The notes under the pieces are model-generated. The model searched no databases and was not told the origin of the DNA. It saw only the letters and a list, made by a program, of their open reading frames with translations. The position numbers were made by a program, and so were the translations under genes. A DNA stretch of 63,669 nucleotides, the filler included, from Choristocarpus tenellus KU-1152 (taxonomy: Eukaryota > Protista > Phaeophyceae): the NCBI GenBank assembly GCA_964200185.2. It is 9 parts of 9 records of this genome, joined end to end, with 100 filler letters (N's around TTAATTAATTAA, not from the genome) between each part and the next. Parts side by side here need not be neighbours in the genome. Positions count along the whole stretch, not along the records: positions 47,463 to 51,960 come from CAXNAD020014278.1; positions 52,061 to 60,773 come from CAXNAD020004417.1; 7 more parts are not named here. One strand, 5' to 3'. Below, in pieces: positions 51,101-60,873 of the stretch. How positions within the stretch are numbered: the first letter of the stretch is position 1; each line of letters opens with the position of its first letter.

Positions 51101-51960
51101 GTGTTAGCGGATGAGCTCCCCCCAGAACCCAAGACTGTAAGGGCAGCATGTAGCTCTCCCGATTGTGATTTATGGGATCGAGCTAGAGCTGAAGAGATGT
51201 CTGGTTTGTTGCTGAATAATGTTTGGGTGGAGGCCGTATTACCCCCTGGATGCAGGGCTATAGACACTAAATGGATTCACAAACGTAAGACTAACAAATT
51301 TGGTGAGGTAGTTAGATACAAGGCATGTTTGGTAGCAAAAGGTTTTCGACAGATTGAGGGTTTAGATTATCAAGATACCTTTGCACCAACACCGTCCCCT
51401 GCATCTTTGAGAATAGTTTTAGCTTTAGCTGCAGACAAGGATTGGGAATTGAAACATTGGGATGTTAAACAGGCATTTATACAAGCAGATATTAATGAAG
51501 ATATTTTTGTTCGTTTATGTGATGGATGTGGTGTATGGTCTGGAAAGATTGTGCGTTTGTTCAAGGCACTTTATGGCACCAAACAGGCAAGCAGAGAGTT
51601 TAAGAATCTGTTGGTGCACGTTTTTGAAAAGTGTGGTTTTGATCAATGCAAAGCAGACCCTGGTGCTGAAGGTCCTATCTCATCGACTGTTTTCGGGTTG
51701 ATCTTGCCAAGTATTGAGCTCAGTACAGAATATTTCGTGACCTATCAAAAGGTACCAACCTTGAATGTGTGTTGCGCTATGTAAGAGATGGTGTTGTTTG
51801 TGCAGTGATAGCCCCCACGTAGATGATCTATTAGTAGCTGGTAAAATTGATGTTTTGATTTGGGTTCGCTCTAGGATCAAAGAGCAATTTTCCATAGAAG
51901 ACTTTGGTGATCTTGAGTATTATATGGGTTGTGAGATTTCACGTGACAGAACTGCACAGA
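51101..51960 (+). pseudogene. Copia reverse transcriptase (RVT_2), interrupted by an insertion and frameshifts
   Basis: ORFs 51101..51784 and 51765..; ~100 bp of foreign sequence between ADP and CVLRY. Confidence 0.88.
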
Positions 51961-52080
51961 NNNNNNNNNNNNNNNNNNNNNNNNNNNNNNNNNNNNNNNN
52001 NNNNTTAATTAATTAANNNNNNNNNNNNNNNNNNNNNNNNNNNNNNNNNNNNNNNNNNNNGCTGAGGCATGGTTAGGCGA

Positions 52081-52262
52081 GAGGTGGTGGGGGGGGGGGT
52101 GGGGGGTGGCGGCTGTCTATTCAGGGCCCACTTTTCCATATTTCTATTTTTGTGTGATTCTGGTTGCATGCATCGGATGGATAATGTAAGTGCACTTCTC
52201 CTGCTCAGGGCCCGAATGGACACCCCGGTGTAGTCCCCCTCCCCCCCAAGATATTTTGAGCC
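52081..52262 (+). mobile_element. MITE family A copy at contig start
   Basis: (G)n-TGGCGGCTGTCTATT...GGATGGATAATGTAAGTGCACTT...TGGACACCCCGGTGTAG-(C)n-AGATATTTTGAGCC. Confidence 0.85.
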
Positions 52263-53596
52263 CTAACATGTAACATGTAACATCTGGGGGAATAACAATG
52301 CCAAAAAGAAAGATGGACCCTCACTGTTCATTTTGAAGCTCCCCATCTTTGCTGATGACCCTATATTAGGAACAGGCATCTACTGCACAGCTACAAGTAA
52401 CCTTATAATTTTTCACATATATATATATTGCTGTGGTTACCACTGATATAAAAATGATATTGATATAATAATAATATTGACAAATAACATATATAAAAAA
52501 CATTACTATGTAAGGCAACAAACTTTGCCATATTGATCACATCCCCAGATCTAACCCTAACCCTAACCTTAACCATCAGTAGAACAGTGTACTTACAAAT
52601 AGCACCAAACACACTGCATACAGCATGTACATAGACTACTAACACAATGCTATATGATGTCTACACCAACCCTACACGCTGCACCTAGTAACCATCCTCA
52701 ACATCATCAACAACAGCATGAACAGCATCATCATCAACAAAAACCACATAATTATTAACATCATCAACCGCATCATCAACCCCAATATCTTCATCATCAA
52801 CAACATCAATGTGGAATGATGCTTGACAAAGAAACAGCCCCACCAAGATTAAAGGTAAACCACTGTACAACACAAGCAATGTCACCAATAGGGGTGACAT
52901 GGTTTGAAGGGGGCTATGCACCACCACTGCGAACACACCATTCCATAACTAGCAATAGTAATAGTATAAAATGGTATCCATTAGTGATATTGTGATACTG
53001 TCTTTCCACTCAGTCATATTGGAATCCTTTGAAAGTCTTCAACCCTAACCCTAACCCTAACCCTAAGTATTGTACTTGAGACTGGACTGAATATTTGAGA
53101 CTGCAAACTCAAGTATACATGAACCACATGCAATCAATGTAACCATTATTGATAACACTGGACGGTATATGAGGGGTGGTGATTACAGGTCAGGCCTGGA
53201 TTTTAAAAAAATGATATCTTCCACCTTCCACCTTCCACCTCGAGTGGATTAAGCAAATACTAAAATACTAGTAGAGCACTACTACTATCCTGTGTACTCT
53301 ATCCTATGTACTCTATCAATAAAATATTGACGTCAATATCGACATCGTCATTGACCTCATCTTGGTCACTCATATCTGGGGTTAGGGTTATGGTTAACAT
53401 CAGGTGCAACATGCCACTCAGCCATTGATATTCCAATAGAAAACTCAGCACATTATAATACCATCTAGAACCTGAGTTAAGTGTTTGTTCATATCAAAAA
53501 GAGTATGAACAGTAGCTATTAGAATGAATATCACAACTTGGGTTAGGGTTAGATTTCACTAACCCTAACCCTAAGAGTACGAACGGAAATATTGAA

Positions 53597-53753
53597 GTAA
53601 ATATGACTAAGTAAGTGAATATGACTATTAAAGTGAGTATGACTATTAATGTGAATATGACTATTAAGGTGAGTATGACTATTAAGGTGAGTATGACTAT
53701 TAAGGTGAATATGACTATTAAAGTGAATATGACTATTAAAGTGAGTATGACTA
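53597..53753. repeat. Minisatellite, 18-bp unit x~9 (GTGARTATGACTATTAAR)
   Basis: Directly visible. Confidence 0.95.
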
Positions 53754-54401
53754 CAACTATGTAACGAACAGTTCACAACACACAAGAGAAACAAAGCAAT
53801 GACTACTTAGCAACAGCTATATTATATTTATTATTATTATTATTATACATTCTCATGTAGAGTCTATCCTAGAAATAGCACACACCTCTCAACCAACCCC
53901 CTCAACACACAGATCCCTACATCCCCTTAAAGCAATGAGATGATTGAGAAAATTCTGATGCTCCAAAGCACAAAGCATCAGAAGAGAGTGGTAGTGCATA
54001 CATAGTATTAATACAGAGTAAAGTATGTAATAGCCGCACACCTAATGGTGTCAATAAAACAGGAGAGCTCAATCAGAATAACCCTAACCCTAACCCTAAC
54101 CCTAACCCTAACCCTAACCCTAAGCAGGCCCGAATGTCATCAAACATTCTTCAAAAATTCTCAAGGGGAACAGGAACACATCCACAGAGACTGACTACAT
54201 TGACAAAATCAATTTTGACAGCCTTCCCCATGACCAATGGCCATAGAGTAGCGCCAATCAACTTGAAAGAAATAATCAACAGATACAACCAACAGAAAAA
54301 TTAAAGAAATCACAACAAAAAATCGTTTTATCCGCATCACCAAACCTGTATTCTCACCAACACTTACATAATAAAATTGCAAATACAAACAACCGAGTCA
54401 C

Positions 54402-57400
54402 CTTGTCTGGGGATGCTTCATAATCATATGGTCCCAGCTGGTCATTGAAGAGTGACTGCTTACATCCTGTTGGTACCACCATTGTCTTCAAACGTACATT
54501 CCTGTTCTGCCCTGATAAGGTTTGACAAAAAAAGAAGGTATAGGGTTTGACGAAAAAAGGTATAATTGTGTTAATAAAAAGACATCTTAACGTGTATTCC
54601 TGTAGGGCTTAGGGTTAGGGTTTGATGTACAATCGTAATAATAAAAAAAAAGATGTCTTCCTGTATGGGACTACTAATAGATGCAAGCATGGTGTTAAGA
54701 TGGGGGTATGCTGGACAGAGTGAGTTAATATAATTACAGAGGAGGCGTATATTGAGCCTATATTATCTAACCCTAACCCTAACCCTAACCCTAAGTATTA
54801 CAGGCGTACTGAGCAAACAAAACGATATAGACAGACAGACCACATCTTGATAAATATCAAGCACAACAACCTTGACTGCAGTAGACCACATAGAAAATGC
54901 ATTGGGAAGGTACACCTGTACCTTTATACTATCTTCTGCTAAACCACAGGATGTGTGGAAATATCTATATTGATTTATAATGATGTATATTGATGTACAT
55001 TGATCTATATTGTGATGGTGAAAATTCGTTGTGGACAAAAGGAGTGAGCACTAGATTTGAGATATTGTTGGGAGGAGACAGAACAAGCACAGAACAAGCA
55101 CAGAACATTCAAGTAGCAGTGACTTCACACAATGCAAAAGAAAAAATTAAGGCATGCCAAAGGCAGCGCAATTATTGCCCTAAAGTATCCTTTAGAGGGT
55201 AAAGCCGCGTCCATTTGGAGGCCAAAATCCAATGTTGCGATTTTAATGTAATTTTACCTATCATGTTTGTTAGGAAGTGTCAATATCCTTGTTCCGGACA
55301 CACCTTTTCATAACATACACATTTTACCTACTCTGAAATAGTTTGGACTAGGAAAATGTCATAAAAAACCCCGAGGGAAGCAAAGCCCCAAATGGACATT
55401 AGACAAACAGGGCAAAACTCGTACGTACCCTCTAAGATACTTTCACTCATTAATGCGTGTAGTGGAACAGGCTAGTGTTAGTGTTAGGGTTAGGGTTAGG
55501 GTTAGGGTTAGAGTAGAAAAAATAGTAGTGCAGTGTACACTGACATGTGATCATAGGGGTCAAGGGGCTATTATAGGCAGGGCGGAGGTAGTGGAGGAGG
55601 TACAGACTAGAAGCGGGCAAGTAATAATAATAATAATAATACCAATGAAACATTGCTGCCAAAAATAACAAAAATGATGTGAAAAAGAGTTAATAAATAA
55701 TAGTAAAATTGTACCGGTCCCTTACTGATGGTGTTGCAAAATGAGAGTAAGAACAAACCTCCAATGAATGGGTTATCATGAATTGGATATCAAGCAAGTA
55801 CTAACAGCTACAACAGAATAGTTACAATATGTCAATTTCTGTTATTTGGAAGATACACTGCTGCCAATGCTATCGCCATCCATAGTAATACTAAAACCAT
55901 AGTTCTTGTAAGTCCAACAGAGTGAAATTATTAGAAGTATGAGAGGGACAAGCAAGAGAGTCAGTGACAACCCTAACCCTAACCCAAACAAAGAACGACA
56001 ACTACACATATACTCTCTAACAAACCCTTCGAAGTGTACTACAGAGCTGGAAAGATGTCCAGGGCATAACATACCCACACTACTCACGGGTCTCACTATA
56101 GTATTATTAATACAAAACTCTTGTATTATACTATAGTTATCCTGGTTCTGAAAGAAATGATCAAATCTTGACCTCCTATTAATGACATAGATAGCAGGTT
56201 AGACACACTAGCAACCTCCATACATTAAAAACACACATTCCAACAAATCACACAGAGTGGCATATGTTGTCCAAAATACACCAATCATATTCAATACAGT
56301 TGAGCATCTAGTAACTACTAGTACAACAATACTGCAATGAATTTGTCATTCATTACTATTGCTATTATTATTACCACTATTATTACTATTATTATTATTA
56401 TTATTTCAATACCTTTTTGTGATTGTCGGCATCTTTTCACTGAATGTTTTGTTATTGTTTCCCTTTATGGCAGTATCTGCAAAACATGACAGTATCTATT
56501 CAAAGCATAACAGTATCAATTCAAAACATGACAGTATCTATTCAAACATAAACAGTATCTATTCAAAAGAAAACAGTATCTATTCAAAAGATAACGGTAA
56601 CTATTCAAAGCATAACAGTATCTATTCAAAACACCACTGGGAAAAAAGAAAAAATATGTAAACCAGTCTTATGTGTACACCCTTCTTCAAAGTCCAACAG
56701 AAAAGATGATAAGGGCAGGTGTTCCGTCACATATAGTACAGTCAACTCCAATACTTGAAATGAAGTGAAGTACTAATTTGAACCTGTATATAACCTGTAT
56801 ATAACCTGTATGGCGGTTGAGACATCACTTCGAACCTAAACAACCCTAACCCTAAGGATCTGTTAGACGTACCACTGAACAACTTCATAACCAATCAATA
56901 CTGAAAGATGATACCATGAAAACAAACTAATCAATACTACAAGATAATACCATGAAAAGTGCAAGAAATTAATCCAAGCAATGACCAACATCAGTACTGA
57001 CTGCTTTTCTTAAGCACTACACAGGTGAACTTCACTCCACTCCACCCCTGTGCAATCCCCCAAACCTTTATTCTAATAGCCCCAAACCTTTCTTAAAAGC
57101 CCGTTGTATAAATATATTAATATTAGTATATGGTACATTCAATAAATATATTAATATTAGTATATGGTACATTAAACAAATATATTAATATTAGTATATG
57201 GTACATTCAATAAATATATTAATATTAGTATATGGTACATTCAATAAATATATAAATATTAGTATATGGTACATTCAATAAATATATTAATATTAGTGTA
57301 TGGTACATTAAACAAATATATTAATATTTACTTGTTAAACAGATGCCACAGAGCAATCCTCACTCTAGCACCAGCAAAAAGCACAATACCAACAAATGTA

Positions 57401-60107
57401 TATATATACATACATACATATATATGTACATATGATGAGGATGAAAACTACAGAACATAGGTGACGTAACATACCTTTACTTCACTCAATAAAATAATCT
57501 AGCCACATGTTCAACCTGATTTCCCAAACTTTCAATACTGGAAACCCCACAAAATATTTTTTTACAATATATACGGGTACTGCATCAAAGTGCGTTCATT
57601 AGTCATTAGTCATTAGTCTATGGAAAACACAACATCCATATATGATCCAAACCAAAGCAACAACCTTCAACTTCAACCTTTACTCCACCCACCCTACTCC
57701 AATGATCGGTCTTGTGCTGGTGTCTGAAATTGTGACCCCTTATCACAGAGATGGCGTACCTAATAATGCACAGTTCACATAAATTATCATATAAATTATC
57801 ACATAAATTATCACACCTTTTTCCCTTCGAACATAGACCAACAGTCGGATGGTGCCATACCACTCCACATTCACTTCTCTCTCTGAATCGTCCAGGTCCT
57901 CCTCATATGGATCATATGCATTTCCACACGCCTTTCCCTTGGAACTCCTGTCTCCCTCAGCAGTATCTTGGACAGACCTTTCACCACAACCTTGGCTATC
58001 TTGTTGATCAGGTCCACCCTTGGCTCCCCCTTTATCCTTAAGGTTGACCTTTACCTTGCCATGGGTAGGAGGCTCACCCATTGCCACATCTGCCACCAGC
58101 TCTCGGCCTAGAGTACATACAGTTGGATGCAGTAGTTCCCACAATGAATGTTGATTAACAAAATACACAAAGGAGAGGATTGAGGCTAGTAACTTCTGAA
58201 GCTCTGAAGACACGTATTCATAACACATGCTAGACAGGAATGGTGAGAGTCATGACAAGGCCTATGCCATGAACCTTGGTCACAGAGGTCAGATCAGTGT
58301 AGAGGATTAATGTTGGTCACAGATTACACAGTACAACTAAAAAAACTCCTCAAAAATCCATAGAACAAGCACAACTTCTCAAGAAACATGTCATGCTACT
58401 CCTGGAATCAGTCCATCTAAGCATAATTTCAAGCAGTTCACACCTTGCATCCCAATACCATCCCTAACCATGATACTATCCCCACACAACATAAGGACAA
58501 GAACAATCCAAGCAACAGTGATGGTGTCAAGGATGGAGCATGAACCCAACCCTTACACAACATTTTGTACATGATCATTACACCATGCCAACATTCCAAC
58601 CAAAGATATCCTGAAAAGGCACAAGAATAATACATGTTCCTTGCAAGGTGAATATCAAGCACCCTAACCCTAACCCTAAGCCTCGAAGACCAAAAAGTTG
58701 CCAACTAAACGATGATTATTGAAACTGCTTGTATATGGCATGCACATCATCGGGTCAGCCATTACATTGTTCCGACTCAAAGGTATTTGAGAAAATCAGC
58801 CCAGAAGCATTAACCTGCCCAGAAGCATTAACCACCTCCTACGGCATTTCAAATTTGGATTACGGAGAATCCAACTTAGGGTCCGTTCATAAGTATCTTC
58901 TCGACCCTCTGTGAAAACCCTTTCAATCAAGAGTCACTCCTCAACGTGGCATCAACGAGGCTTCAAATACCGAGGGAAGCGACACAGTTGCGCAAAATAT
59001 AGGGGGGTGGAGGTCGTTATCTTTCCGTCCCGTAAACGTAATGCAGTGTAACATCTCTATCAAAATAGCAATCTACGTTCGTGGGCTGATCATTGCAAGT
59101 CTAACTGCACTATTGCTAAACATGTAGCGACTAACTCACCTGGAAGACATTCTGCGATTGTTGCCAGCATTACAGCATCACCATGTACATCAACTTCTCC
59201 CCTCAGATACCTGTGAGCACTTGGTACACTGCCTCGTCGGTAATTAGAGCACTCCCCTCCCTCGTTTCTAACGCCACGAGCACTGCAGGTGCGATTACTC
59301 CCCTCGCAGCCCTTCCTCCGGTCTCTAGATCTTTCCACGGCTTGTCCACAGGATACGTAAATCACACTTTCTCCCTGCACTCCTCCCAGTTCCTCTCCAT
59401 CAACGTCGCACCTCAAAGATACTCGTGAAGCTTTGACAGGGTCAGAGGGACAAGCCTTGCCAGCCTTGTCACACTTCATCAACCCTTCAACTGCCAACGA
59501 GTTCATCTGCTGTGGCCTTCTCCAATACAAGGGCTCCGGGAAAGGCATCGCCGGGATGAGAGCGCATTCCTGTACGTTGGGAAGACCGAGCACCCACCGA
59601 CATCAAGGGGTGGCCAGGTGTCATGACTGTATCTCCGCCTTTGGTCAAGCCATCGCACGTGGGGATAATATGCCCACAGGTTACTTTCACTAATCGGATT
59701 TCGAATGGCGCGCTCCATTCCAAATTCTTAGTCAGGAACGCATGCACATGAAGGGTTTAGCATGCTAACGCACCCCTACTGCCTAGGAAAGAAAATCTCT
59801 CTGCAATCCAGTTTCTCCACAAGGTAAGACTACTCCTCTACCAGCCCACCGATGCAACATCAACCATGGTGCCCCAACCATTGTTCAATGTCTAGAGTGG
59901 CATGAACTGCCTTGGAATGCATTTTAATAAGCATGTAGCAAGTAAACTCAGCAAGTAACCAACCAGACTGACCTGAAACCCTAGAGCCACGATATCTGCT
60001 CCCTCCGCCCTCTTGAGCCAGGTCTTCGCCACATCCGTGGTTAGCTCTGTGGCATTGATGTTGAAGCTTCCTATGAAGACTGAGATCTCTTTGCTTGTCA
60101 GAGACAT
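54402..60107 (-). CDS. Inositol polyphosphate 5-phosphatase (IPPc/EEP family), 5' part; exons 60107-59973, 59569-~59182, 58107-57817, 54511-54402; remainder not found in this contig
   Basis: ISVFIGSFNIN...WL...DIVALGFQ|EC (metal-binding N and E), GTIRLLVYVRR, VRLKTMVVPTG...PDK at the position of the NKG motif. GT-AG junctions are phase-compatible; the exon-2 donor is uncertain. Confidence 0.8.
55177..55448 (+). mobile_element. MITE family B inside a 5-phosphatase intron
   Basis: ..TAAAGTATCCTTTAGAGGGTA ... TACCCTCTAAGATACTTTCACTC; ATT/ATT flanks. Confidence 0.88.
56481..56633. repeat. Minisatellite, 21-bp unit x~7 (ACAGTATCTATTCAAARCATR)
   Basis: Directly visible. Confidence 0.92.
57108..57328. 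repeat. AT-rich minisatellite, 34-bp unit x~6.5
   Basis: ATAAATATATTAATATTAGTATATGGTACATTCA repeated contiguously. Confidence 0.95.
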
Positions 60108-60723
60108 AGTTAGAAAGGTTGTAAGAGGGGTGGATGAAATACCTTGGTTGTCTCAGAAGTCTCACCTCCAACGCCAATCGAAATTGAAATTGATTGCATA
60201 TGTTTCAATTTTTAGTATTTCTATTCATTCTTCATCAAATTTTATTGGCTACTGGTGTTTGTTTCTTTTTGTACAATATTGAACTAACCATAGAGAGAAC
60301 TCAACCTTCTACAAGTCAATGGAATATTCCTTTTTTTGACACCATCATGAAAATCTGTGTCTAGAATGTCGCTGACATAGAAAAATGAATATTGAAGAAA
60401 CAAAATAACGAGTAGGTTGAGGTTCCTAAGAATTTGATTCGTATTCTAGCATATAAAATAGAACCATTTTAGGGTGGAGAAGGCAGGTCTCTGGAAATTT
60501 CCACTTCCTATAACACACTTGGAAAGAGCCAGTAAAAAGACTAGCGTAACGATATGCATTCACACGATCGGTTAAGTCATCTCCAAAATCAATTTTCTGT
60601 TTCGCCTCTCAAATTTATAATAGTACATAATAACAAATGTTCATTGGTTTCCTGCAAAATGTCAGAGGGTATAATAATAAAATATGTGTATGAGTCAGTG
60701 TTTAGGAGTCATGTGTTTTAAGC

Positions 60724-60773
60724 TAGAGTCACCAGGGAGATGGGCATGGAGGGGTCTGTTGGATTCTTGGGAT
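60724..60773 (-). mobile_element. Fragment of the copia LTR at contig end
   Basis: TAGAGTCACCAGGGAGATGGGCA..GAGGGGTCTGTTGGATTCTTGGGAT is the reverse complement of ~49162-49211. Confidence 0.88.
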
Positions 60774-60873
60774 NNNNNNNNNNNNNNNNNNNNNNNNNNN
60801 NNNNNNNNNNNNNNNNNTTAATTAATTAANNNNNNNNNNNNNNNNNNNNNNNNNNNNNNNNNNNNNNNNNNNN

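Larger units (their letters stand above)
49048..51960 (+). mobile_element. Ty1/copia LTR retrotransposon, internally deleted (gag-protease-RT; integrase absent), cut by a gap
   Basis: Gag LTDNNYADW...AWKYLREHY; CCHC knuckle CYSCGKIGHQQAVC; protease WSFDSGAS..., YVPKIAFNLLS; RT EPKT...KWIHKRK...RYKACLVAKGFRQIEGLDYQDTFAP...DVKQAF...ALYGTKQASR...HVDDLL...DLEYYMGCEI. Confidence 0.95.
52551..58679. repeat. Cluster of short interstitial telomere-type (CCCTAA/TTAGGG) arrays: 52551-52574, 53041-53066, 53379-53396, 53540-53574, 54079-54123, 54603-54622, 54767-54794, 55483-55511, 55969-55985, 56842-56855, 58661-58679
   Basis: Directly visible arrays of 2-7.5 units in both orientations; essentially absent from the rest of the window. 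Confidence 0.92.

Noticed and set aside
53549-53794. His-rich ORF (SHTHFN/SHIHFN repeats) as a metal-binding peptide
   Set aside because: Just the translation of an 18-bp minisatellite plus telomere repeats; no support for a real gene.
54079-54123. A true chromosome end
   Set aside because: Only ~7 units, with unique sequence on both sides; interstitial.
56359-56661. ORF with hydrophobic N-terminus and SIYSK repeats as a secreted peptide
   Set aside because: Built from a (TTA)n microsatellite and a 21-bp minisatellite inside an intron of an opposite-strand gene.
57108-57328. 34-bp repeat as a CRISPR array
   Set aside because: Units are contiguous with no unique spacers, there are no cas genes, and the context is a eukaryotic intron; it is a minisatellite.
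34560-60107. PH-ankyrin, kinase and 5-phosphatase as a phosphoinositide-signalling gene cluster
   Set aside because: Separated by two artificial linkers, and the kinase is a pseudogene; linkage is unproven.
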